Assembly: GCA_039190745.1 (NCBI GenBank) | Contig: JBCCXZ010000074.1 | Coordinates: forward strand, 1-16,256 | Source of the DNA: Planctomycetota bacterium | Lineage (GTDB): Bacteria > Planctomycetota > Planctomycetia > Pirellulales > Lacipirellulaceae | DNA length: 16,256 nt | Reading direction: 5' to 3' | In this document: positions 1 to 6,785 of the stretch, piece after piece | How positions within the stretch are numbered: the stretch's first letter is position 1 | Layout of the letters: each line of letters starts with the position of its first letter | The notes under the pieces: model-generated | Database searches by the model: none | Seen by the model: the letters and a program-made list of their open reading frames with translations, nothing else | What the model was told of the DNA's origin: nothing | Made by a program: the position numbers and the translations under genes

Positions 1-63
1 AAGTTCCCTGCGCCGGTTCGGCAGACCAACGGCCTCAACTTCCGGTTCCCCGACGAGACGTAG
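1..63 (+). CDS. 3' end of an upstream phage gene (partial, ...KFPAPVRQTNGLNFRFPDET*)
   Basis: Frame 1 is open from base 1 to TAG at 61-63 with mostly G/C third positions, co-oriented with the structural genes. Too short to assign a function. Confidence 0.55.
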   Translation, partial: KFPAPVRQTNGLNFRFPDET

Positions 64-74
64 CCAATCCTCGC

Positions 75-152
75 GAGCGGCCCGCCGGCGTAGTGACCCG
101 GCGATGGGCGACCCGGGGTTTTTCTCGGACCCGGGCCGCCCGGCCGCTCTTT
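75..152 (+). other. Three-stem RNA structure in the intergenic gap (terminator, processing site or ncRNA candidate)
   Basis: GAGCGGCC(75-82)/GGCCGCTC(142-149) 8 bp; CGCCGG(83-88)/CCGGCG(98-103) 6 bp; GGGCGACCCGGG(106-117)/CCCGGGCCGCCC(130-141) 11 of 12 bp; followed by TTT. Confidence 0.5.
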
Positions 153-186
153 CAAATCCCAACTCAACAAACCGAAAGGCTTCAAC

Positions 187-681
187 ATGGTTCAACTCAA
201 CAACACCGCCCCGACAAGCTTCACCGACTCGGCCGGCCAAGACTGGCAACTGCGGTTCACTCTCCGTGCTCTGGAATCGGTGCGGAAGGAATTCGGCGTC
301 GACTTCTCCCCGTCGGCCGACGGCCAAGCGGTCCTCGTGCTCTCGCGTGACCCGCTCAAGCTGGGCGCTGTGCTTTGGACGCTCTGCGAGTCGCAGGCCG
401 ACAACCTCGGCGTCTCGCCCGAGCAGTTCGCCGAGCGGTTCGACGGGCCGACGCTCGACGCCGCGTATGACGCACTCGTGGCGGCGTCGATCGAACTGGC
501 CCCACGCGGTATGCGCCCGCACCTCAAGGCGTCGATCGACCGAGCCCTCAGCGCGCAGCAGCTCGCGATGCGCGAGGCGGTCGAGCGATTCGACGTGGAG
601 GCCTTCGCCGAGCGCTCCGCCGCCCAAGCCATTGCCGAGGCCGAGGCGAAACTCGACGAACTGATCGGCACCCAAGACTAG
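187..681 (+). CDS. Phage protein, probable tail assembly chaperone (164 aa)
   Basis: GAAAGG RBS at 174-179, ATG start, acidic helical protein located immediately upstream of the tape-measure gene. Function inferred from position. Confidence 0.7.
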   Translation: MVQLNNTAPTSFTDSAGQDWQLRFTLRALESVRKEFGVDFSPSADGQAVLVLSRDPLKLGAVLWTLCESQADNLGVSPEQFAERFDGPTLDAAYDALVAASIELAPRGMRPHLKASIDRALSAQQLAMREAVERFDVEAFAERSAAQAIAEAEAKLDELIGTQD

Positions 682-739
682 GTAGCGGTCGCTTCCACCA
701 ACGCGGCCACGGTCGCCAACCCAAGCAACGGAGACACGA

Positions 740-2638
740 GTGAGCAGGGCAGTAGAATCCGGCCGGGCGTTCGTCCGGTTCGCGTTAGAGGACAAAGAGC
801 TATCCGAAGGGCTCAAGCGCATCCAGGGGCGGCTCAAGACCGCCGGCAAGACGCTCCAGAAGTTCGGCAAGATCGGCGCGGCGGTCGGCGGCACGGTCAC
901 CGCGGTGTTCGGCGCGGCCGTGAAGCAATTCACCTCGGTCGGCGACGCGCTCGACAAGATGGCGGCCCGCACCGGCCTCACCGTCGAGGCGCTCTCGGAG
1001 TTGTCGTTCGCCGCCGAGCAGAGCGGGGCGAGCGGCGAGCTATTGGAAAAGGGCGTCCGCGGTTTGCAGAACACGCTGCGGAACGCCGAGCGCGGCGGCA
1101 AGCGGGCGGCCGACAACTTCGGCGCGTTGGGCTTGTCGTTCGCCGACTTGAAAAACCTCTCGCCTGAAGAGCAGCTCAAGGCGGTGGCCGACGGGCTCGC
1201 CGGTGTCGAAGACGACTCGAAGCGGGCGGCGCTGGCGATGGGGCTAATGGGCGGCGCGGGGCAGAAGCTCTTGCCGCTGCTGAGCGGTGGCGCGGCGGGC
1301 ATGGAAGCGCTGCAAGCCGAGGCCCGCGAGCTTGGCCTCACCGTCGACACCGAGACCGCGGCCAGCGCGGCCAAGCTCGGCGACGCGATGAACATCGTCT
1401 CGAAGGTGCTCAACAAGGTCGTCGTCGAGGTCGGCGCGTCAGTCGCCCCGATGCTCACTAGCTTGGCCACCACGATCGGCGAGAACACCTCGCGGGCCAT
1501 CGCTTTCATCAAAGAGAACCGCGAGCTGGTGGCGGTTGTCGGTGCCGGCGCGGCCGCACTCACCGCCGGCGGCACTGCGGCGGTCGTCTTGGGGTCGGCG
1601 CTCAACCAGGTCGCCGGCGCGGTCCGCGTATTGAACACCGCAGCCCTCGTGCTCGCTGCCAACCCCGTCGCGCTCACCGTCGGTGCGGTCGCCGCGGCAG
1701 CGGGGACGCTGGCGTTCCACGCCTACCGCGCATCGACCGCGACCGACCGACTCGTGGCGTCGACCCGAGAGCTGGCCGAGGCGAACGACGCGCGGCGGCA
1801 ACAGGACCAAGCGGCCGCGGATCGGCTGGCGGTTCTAGCGTCGAAACAAGAGCTAACGAACGCCGAGGTCTCCGAGGCGAAGACGCTCGCCGAGCAGCTC
1901 ACCGACGGCTACGGCGACTTGGGCCTTGAGATCGACGCGGCCACTGGCAAGATCGACGGCATGGCCGACGCCCAAGAGCGGCTCAACGGCCTCATGCGCG
2001 AACAGGCCCTCCGCGAGTCGGCGGCCGAGTACGCGGCGCTGCAGCAGCAGCTCGCACGGCTGACCGAGCTTGAGAAGCGTGCCCGGTCGACTACGTCTGC
2101 GATCCTGCAAGCCGCCACCCCCGCCGGGCTACTGGGATTCAGCGGGGCGGACCGAGTGTCGAATCTTGGCGATCAAGCGCGCGAGACGCGGCGGCGGATG
2201 GCCGAGATTCGGGGCCGGATGGACGCGCTCCGCGGCGGCGGGCCCGCCGTGTCGCCGGCCGACGTTGTGCCGGCCCACGCGGCCAACCCCGGCGTCGTGA
2301 AGGCCGCGGCGGACACGGGCGAGAAGGTCGGCACCGCGCTCGGGCAGAAACTCGTGGACGCGATGCGAGATATGGCCAACGGCGGCGCGTCGGCGCTGAC
2401 CGACCTGTTCGACTTCGCCGGCCAAGGGCTCACCGACCTGCGCGAGCTGGGCAATAGTCTCGCGATCGGCACTACCGCGGCTGCCAGCCGAGTGCTCAGC
2501 ACCCGCGGCGTCACGAACGTCAATGCGCTCCAAGCCCTCGCCGGTGGCGGCGACGACCAAATGCTCCAAGAGAGCCGGCAGCAGACGCGGTTGCTCAAGC
2601 GGATCGAAGAGAAACCCGCCCTCGTAAGCGGCCCATAA
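740..2638 (+). CDS. Phage tail tape measure protein (632 aa)
   Basis: GGAG RBS and GTG start. Ala/Gly/Leu-rich helical protein with the typical TMP pattern GDALDKMAARTGLTVEALSELSFAAEQSG...ARELGLTV, central hydrophobic segments and a coiled-coil C-terminal half. Confidence 0.88.
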   Translation: MSRAVESGRAFVRFALEDKELSEGLKRIQGRLKTAGKTLQKFGKIGAAVGGTVTAVFGAAVKQFTSVGDALDKMAARTGLTVEALSELSFAAEQSGASGELLEKGVRGLQNTLRNAERGGKRAADNFGALGLSFADLKNLSPEEQLKAVADGLAGVEDDSKRAALAMGLMGGAGQKLLPLLSGGAAGMEALQAEARELGLTVDTETAASAAKLGDAMNIVSKVLNKVVVEVGASVAPMLTSLATTIGENTSRAIAFIKENRELVAVVGAGAAALTAGGTAAVVLGSALNQVAGAVRVLNTAALVLAANPVALTVGAVAAAAGTLAFHAYRASTATDRLVASTRELAEANDARRQQDQAAADRLAVLASKQELTNAEVSEAKTLAEQLTDGYGDLGLEIDAATGKIDGMADAQERLNGLMREQALRESAAEYAALQQQLARLTELEKRARSTTSAILQAATPAGLLGFSGADRVSNLGDQARETRRRMAEIRGRMDALRGGGPAVSPADVVPAHAANPGVVKAAADTGEKVGTALGQKLVDAMRDMANGGASALTDLFDFAGQGLTDLRELGNSLAIGTTAAASRVLSTRGVTNVNALQALAGGGDDQMLQESRQQTRLLKRIEEKPALVSGP

Positions 2639-2642
2639 CAAA

Positions 2643-3098
2643 ATGCTAAGACTCGACAAGCTCGATATCGCCCTCGACCTCCGGGAGCTGAACCGCCGCC
2701 GCGAGGTGCAGAAGCGGCGCGTGCTCTACCGCATGGGCCGCTACGGGCAGCAAGTGCTGCGGCGGCTGATCCGCCGCGGCAAGAAAGCGTCCAAACCCGG
2801 CCAGCCGCCGCGGGCCCGCACGAAGAAGAACGGCGTGAAGTCCAACTTCAAGAAACTCGCTCGGTTCTTTGTGAACGCCGACGACGGCAGCGTGTCGGTT
2901 GGCTTGATGGACGCGAAGTTCCAGGGAACACGGCCCGACGGCGGCAAGACGGTGGCCCAACTGCTCAACGAAGGCGGGCCCGCCAAGATCAACGACGCGG
3001 CCGTCCCGGCGCGGTTCCGGCCTCGGCCCTTCACCGACCCGACGTTGGACAAGGCGGGGCCGCGGCTTGTTGAGATCGTGGGGTCGGTGGAGCTTTAA
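2643..3098 (+). CDS. HK97 gp10-like / virion morphogenesis (neck or tail-completion) protein (151 aa)
   Basis: Small basic protein with SKPGQPP, V-S-VG, LLNEGG and C-terminal RPRPFTDPTL motifs typical of this family; starts 4 nt after the TMP stop. Confidence 0.7.
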   Translation: MLRLDKLDIALDLRELNRRREVQKRRVLYRMGRYGQQVLRRLIRRGKKASKPGQPPRARTKKNGVKSNFKKLARFFVNADDGSVSVGLMDAKFQGTRPDGGKTVAQLLNEGGPAKINDAAVPARFRPRPFTDPTLDKAGPRLVEIVGSVEL

Positions 3099-3099
3099 T

Positions 3100-4101
3100 T
3101 TATTGATGAGAGGGGCCGAAGACGTCGCCGAAGGCTTCGAATATTGTCCCGGTCAATGGGTCAAAGTCAGCCGACCAGATAGATTGACGAATGCTCCTCT
3201 CGGCGATCCGGACCAACTCGGCAAACGCTTCGATCATAGTATTGTACGAGTCAATTAACTGTGCGGCGGCGCTAGCGCCCGGTTGGCTCTCGGCGTAGCA
3301 GTCGTCGGCTATCTGTTTTGCAGACACGATAGCCTGGTCTAGATGCGTCTCTATGAAGTGTTTTAGCCGGCGACTGACCAACGGATTGAATGAGGAGTCT
3401 TCGTAGAGAGGCCTCGCAAGGTTCTTCAACTCCGTTGCCAAATAGATGAAACGTTCCGCCTCGTTACGCCTAGCTTCGTACCATCCACTTGATTCCCGGC
3501 TCAGCGGCTCCGAAAGACCCTTAACCATTAAGGCCAGAGAGTTAATCATTGGTCCCGCCACACTGATTAGCCAATCTGTAGCGCCGAACGTGGTAGACCG
3601 ATCAAGCCGTTTCCAGCTCGGCAACACGTCTTCAACTATGTCGTCTAAATCCCGGACAGTTCTTTCTAGCAGCACTTCTGCCAGCGTGAGGTTCATTTGG
3701 CCGTGGAGATGTCCGGCGGGGCCATTACGGGCACGAAATAGATCACTTTCCGTTATCTCGCGTAGTTTCGAAGCAGAACTTAGGAACGCCGAGAGGAACA
3801 TCAACCCTGCTTGCTTTTCCTGCGCCTTGCTCGCGCGGGCCATCTCTTCCCTTTGGTGCCTCAGCTCCCTCATTTGGAGCAATAGCGTCGCGATAACCCC
3901 GCCGTACGCGAGTGCAGGGAAGAGAGAGTTGGTAAACCCAAAGCTGTCACCAAATTCACCCGGTCTGTCGGCGTAACTCCAAGGCAAGAAACCAAGGACA
4001 AGCCATGCGAAGATTACCCCTACGAAGCCGCCGACTATAGCCACTCGGTCTGCGGCCCCCGCCGCCCCCCCCCAGGCGAACGCAAGTAGTTTATCCCACA
4101 T
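3100..4101 (-). CDS. Accessory membrane protein with putative-AbiC-like N-terminus (333 aa), candidate anti-phage moron
   Basis: ATG at 4101 preceded by GGGAG (preferred over the TTG at 4131). Two hydrophobic helices flank GEFGDSFGFTNSLF and are followed by TLLLQMRELRHQREEM, a signature I recognise from 'putative phage abortive infection' proteins. Opposite strand and visibly lower GC than the flanking phage genes. Confidence 0.7.
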   Translation of the reverse strand: MWDKLLAFAWGGAAGAADRVAIVGGFVGVIFAWLVLGFLPWSYADRPGEFGDSFGFTNSLFPALAYGGVIATLLLQMRELRHQREEMARASKAQEKQAGLMFLSAFLSSASKLREITESDLFRARNGPAGHLHGQMNLTLAEVLLERTVRDLDDIVEDVLPSWKRLDRSTTFGATDWLISVAGPMINSLALMVKGLSEPLSRESSGWYEARRNEAERFIYLATELKNLARPLYEDSSFNPLVSRRLKHFIETHLDQAIVSAKQIADDCYAESQPGASAAAQLIDSYNTMIEAFAELVRIAERSIRQSIWSADFDPLTGTIFEAFGDVFGPSHQ

Positions 4102-4148
4102 TTTATCCGCTCCCAACACGGCCGAACGCAAGACTCAAGAGGTGCATA

Positions 4149-4298
4149 TTGACCTCCGCGCCCACCCTCGACCAAGTCGACGACTTTATCGTGCAGAACA
4201 TACGCTCTGGTGAAACGAAATCGTTCGACGGTTATCTCGATTCGCTCCCGCCGAGGGGGTATCGCTACGCGATAGAGTTTGACAACGCCTATGACTAA
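4149..4298 (+). CDS. Possible small ORF or gene remnant (49 aa, MTSAPTLDQVDDFIVQNIRSGETKSFDGYLDSLPPRGYRYAIEFDNAYD)
   Basis: GAGGT at 4139-4143, TTG at 4149, TAA at 4296-4298. Fills the gap and ends 6 nt from the convergent stop at 4305. Below the ORF-track length cutoff. Confidence 0.4.
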   Translation: MTSAPTLDQVDDFIVQNIRSGETKSFDGYLDSLPPRGYRYAIEFDNAYD

Positions 4299-4304
4299 GA
4301 GGCA

Positions 4305-4532
4305 TCACTTGGGGGCGTCCCGTGTGAGAATCTCTCCAGTAGTGACGACTTCAAAGACGCCGTCCGAGACCTCGTTGACGTGCCGGCCTTGAGAATCAGT
4401 AAGCACTTCTAGTCCTGGCGTTGTGTGCTTCGCCCCGTCGAGCGTCAGCGACTCGATTTCGTTTTGATGCGAGTAGATTACCGTACACGTTCCGTCTCGT
4501 CTGTAGACCGGCAACTCGAAGTTGTTTGCCAT
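4305..4532 (-). CDS. Small hypothetical protein (75 aa)
   Basis: Strong GGGAGG RBS, ATG start, beta-rich globular-looking sequence (LTDSQGRHVNEVSDGVFEVVTTGEILTR); divergent from the integrase operon. Confidence 0.75.
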   Translation of the reverse strand: MANNFELPVYRRDGTCTVIYSHQNEIESLTLDGAKHTTPGLEVLTDSQGRHVNEVSDGVFEVVTTGEILTRDAPK

Positions 4533-4575
4533 TCGCGAATCCCTCCCTGCGAAAGTGCCTGTTGTTCAGCGTATC

Positions 4576-4605
4576 TTGACCCGCGCGCTGATTCTCGGCA
4601 ATACT
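4576..4605 (+). promoter_or_regulatory. Candidate sigma70-type promoter for the rightward leader/HTH/integrase transcript
   Basis: TTGACC (4576-4581), 18-nt spacer, AATACT (4600-4605); predicts a start near 4612, directly at the first repeated box. Confidence 0.45.
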
Positions 4606-4610
4606 GCCAA

Positions 4611-4661
4611 GGTCAAAGCTGTTTAGCGACCGTGGAAATATGTCAAAGCTACCGTGGAAAT
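4611..4661 (+). repeat. Duplicated two-box motif (GTCAAAGCT and ACCGTGGAAAT), candidate antisense-RNA targets
   Basis: GTCAAAGCT at 4612-4620 and 4642-4650; ACCGTGGAAAT at 4629-4639 and 4651-4661. Confidence 0.85.
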
Positions 4662-4662
4662 C

Positions 4663-4756
4663 AGAGCGCAGCCCATGCGCGAGGGTCCGGGGTCCGGCGA
4701 CGGCCCGGGGGTGGCTCCACGGCCACCTGACAACGCTCGTTCATGGGCTGCGCTTT
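4663..4756 (+). ncRNA. c4/CI-like structured antisense RNA candidate
   Basis: 13-bp perfect closing stem AGCGCAGCCCATG(4665-4677)/CATGGGCTGCGCT(4742-4754), extended by CGAG/CTCG. Hairpin A (4687-4708) has a GCGA GNRA tetraloop. Hairpin B is GGTGGC-TCCACG-GCCACC (4710-4727). Unpaired TGACA at 4728-4732. The exposed segments are complementary to the upstream boxes. Confidence 0.7.
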
Positions 4757-4817
4757 CTTTGTGCGCTTGCGCTGGGGTCTTTGCCCCAGCCTCACAGCGC
4801 CGGAAGGACTACTAGCG

Positions 4818-5204
4818 ATGGAACCCTCAACCCCTACGGAAGTCCGGATTGTTCGTCTGGTCTACGTCGACCCCGAGGCCGAGTTCCGACTCGCTCTCGC
4901 CGAACTCGAATCCGGCTGGCTCGCCGAGGCCCACATTCGGTTGCGCGGCGTACTGGCCGCAGGCCTGCGGCACAAGTGGAACGCCCTGACGGGCGAGCAC
5001 TACGCGATCGACTGCCCCGACCGACTGCTGAACAAGATGCGGTCAAAGAACCTCATCGACAAGTGGACGCTCAAGCTCGGCGTACTGGCGTTGAACCCCC
5101 CGGAGAGCGTGGAGGCGAAGCACGTCGAGCTGCTCGCCATTCTGGTCGAGACCTTGGTCTTCGACCGACGGCCCTCGGAGTCGAAGATCGGGGGTGCGGC
5201 ATGA
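4818..5204 (+). CDS. Hypothetical phage protein (128 aa)
   Basis: GGAAGGA RBS then ATG at 4818 (preferred over 4743, which lies inside the RNA stem); GC3-rich codons; stop overlaps the next start (ATGA). Confidence 0.75.
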   Translation: MEPSTPTEVRIVRLVYVDPEAEFRLALAELESGWLAEAHIRLRGVLAAGLRHKWNALTGEHYAIDCPDRLLNKMRSKNLIDKWTLKLGVLALNPPESVEAKHVELLAILVETLVFDRRPSESKIGGAA

Positions 5205-5560
5205 AGCCCAACTACATTCTCAGCCCCCACGCCTTCGACGCCATCGTGGCGAAGTTGGAAGCCGGCCGCCAATCGAAAGCCGCAATCGCCCGAGAGGCCG
5301 GCGTATCTGTAACGCTCATTGGCAAGATCGCGGCTGGCGACTACTTCTACCAAAAGCCGATCGAAGAGCAGTTGCGTATCGCCGACCGCGGTCGCCACAA
5401 AGGTGGGCCGTTGACCCGTGACCCGACGCCCGAGGAGATCGCGGCCGAGTGCGCTAAGCTGCACGCTCTCCGCGAGAGGCCCGACCGCCCGGAACCGTGG
5501 GGCGTGCCGGTATACTCCAGTGGGCGCGACGGCCTGGAGTGCTTGGGCGTCGTCCAGTAA
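5201..5560 (+). CDS. Helix-turn-helix DNA-binding protein (119 aa), possible Cro-like regulator or excisionase/RDF
   Basis: ATGA coupling with the upstream gene; HTH SKAAIAREAGVSVTLIGKIAAG; directly upstream of the integrase. Confidence 0.75.
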   Translation: MKPNYILSPHAFDAIVAKLEAGRQSKAAIAREAGVSVTLIGKIAAGDYFYQKPIEEQLRIADRGRHKGGPLTRDPTPEEIAAECAKLHALRERPDRPEPWGVPVYSSGRDGLECLGVVQ

Positions 5561-5570
5561 TGAACCCGTG

Positions 5571-5608
5571 GCCCGCCGTCCCGCTGGGGCGGCGGGTTGT
5601 TTTCCTTT
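5571..5608 (+). terminator. Intrinsic terminator between the HTH gene and the integrase
   Basis: GCCCGCCGTCCC-GCT-GGGGCGGCGGGT 12-bp GC stem followed by TGTTTTCCTTT. Confidence 0.75.
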
Positions 5609-5627
5609 GACCGGTGGGGGCGAGACG

Positions 5628-6707
5628 ATGAGAGCGTGGCTATTCCAAGACTCGCGGCAGAAGGCGAAGCTAGGGGCCAAGTGCCCGTGGTCGGTTGGCT
5701 GGTACGACTCCGACGGTAAGAAGCGGTCGAAGAAAGTCGGCGCGAAGTCGACCGCCGAGAAGTTCCGCAAACGCATCCAGGCGGAGTTGGCCCTCGGCTT
5801 GGTCGAGACTCGAAAGCGGACCAAGTGGGCCGCGTTCCGGGTGCAGTACCTGACCGACGTAGCGAGTCTGCGGGCCCCGCAGACGCTGCGGCTCTACAAA
5901 GGCGCGTTCAAGAGCTTCGAGAAGATCATCGCCCCCGGCTACGTGGACGCGATCGACACGAAGACGGTCGACCGGTTCATCGCGAAGCGCATGGCCCAGA
6001 CGCCGAAGCCGGCCCCCGCAACCGTCAACCGAGACCTGCGTCTGCTGCGGGCCGCGTTCCGACGCGCGGCGCTCTGGGGCATGACGCCCGCTGCCCCGCA
6101 GGTCAACATGCTGCGTGAGCCGGAGCGGGACCCTTACTTCGTGGACGACGCGAGCTTCACCGCGCTCTACGATGCCTGCGAAGCGATGAAGCGGCCCCGC
6201 GACCAACCCTACGCGCCCGGTGACTGGTGGCGCGGCGTGCTGGTGTTCGCCTACATGACCGGGTGGCGGATCGGCGAGATTCTCGACCTCCGCCGCGACG
6301 ACTTGGACCTCGACGCCGCCACGGCCCGTGTGGACGCCGAGAGCACCAAGGGCCGCCGCGAGGCCCGTATCGAACTGCACCCGGCCGTGATCGACCACTG
6401 CCGAGCGGTCGCGGACGACCAGCCGTTCGCCTTCCCGTGGCCTCACCACGAGCGGACGCTGTGGGCCGACTTCGCCAAGCTTAAGGCCGCCGCGGAACTC
6501 GATTTCCCGGGGGCGTTCCACCGGCTGCGGTTCGGATTCGCCAATGCGAACGTAGACCACCTCGACGCGGACGTGCTACAAAAGCTGATGCGTCACCGAG
6601 ACCCGCAGACGACCCGGAGGTACGTGAACATGGCCGAGCGGATGCGACGCCGGGGTACGGCAGATAGGCTGCACGTCCCGGCTGTGCTGCGTGAATCTGG
6701 CGGCTAG
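5628..6707 (+). CDS. int: Tyrosine recombinase / phage integrase (359 aa)
   Basis: Catalytic set present: R (TGWRIGEI), K (STKGRR), HxxR (FHRLR), H (LMRHRD), Y (TTRRYV). SAM-like core-binding region (PATVNRDLRLLRAAF). Start MRAWLF at 5628, just after the terminator. Confidence 0.95.
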   Translation: MRAWLFQDSRQKAKLGAKCPWSVGWYDSDGKKRSKKVGAKSTAEKFRKRIQAELALGLVETRKRTKWAAFRVQYLTDVASLRAPQTLRLYKGAFKSFEKIIAPGYVDAIDTKTVDRFIAKRMAQTPKPAPATVNRDLRLLRAAFRRAALWGMTPAAPQVNMLREPERDPYFVDDASFTALYDACEAMKRPRDQPYAPGDWWRGVLVFAYMTGWRIGEILDLRRDDLDLDAATARVDAESTKGRREARIELHPAVIDHCRAVADDQPFAFPWPHHERTLWADFAKLKAAAELDFPGAFHRLRFGFANANVDHLDADVLQKLMRHRDPQTTRRYVNMAERMRRRGTADRLHVPAVLRESGG

Positions 6708-6708
6708 A

Positions 6709-6785
6709 ATGGCGTGTATATGGAGTGTTGGCCGATTCAACGCGGCTGACAAAAGAGTCGTAAGGTGTTGTAGTGTAACGATTTG
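6709..6785. promoter_or_regulatory. Candidate att arm: tandem arm-type repeats and IHF-like sites
   Basis: ATGGCGTGT (6709-6717) and ATGGAGTGT (6720-6728) at 11-bp spacing. Two imperfect, divergent WATCAAnnnnTTR-like matches in 6761-6785 (CTACAAcaccTTA on minus, GTGTAAcgatTTG on plus). Confidence 0.45.

Noticed and set aside
93..671. Overlapping ORFs 93..350, 104..664 and 192..671, and a possible G/GT programmed frameshift
   Set aside because: Arg/Ser/Pro-rich shadow frames. The 104..664 frame ends before the chaperone stop, so a shift into it would not give a GT-type extension, and I saw no slippery heptamer near the 3' end.
3698..3708. TGGCCGTGGAG, an 11-nt complement of the candidate RNA's hairpin B (4715-4725)
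   Set aside because: Lies on the non-coding strand of the Abi-like gene and lacks the upstream TGTCA box; a chance match is plausible in GC-rich DNA.
4611..4661. Repeated boxes as a mini-CRISPR
   Set aside because: Units are only 9-11 bp with two copies and no spacer-length intervals; better explained as antisense targets or operators.
5418..5627. 70-aa N-terminal extension of the integrase in the ORF track
   Set aside because: Overlaps the HTH gene and runs through the terminator; low-complexity sequence; ATG 5628 gives a normal-sized integrase.
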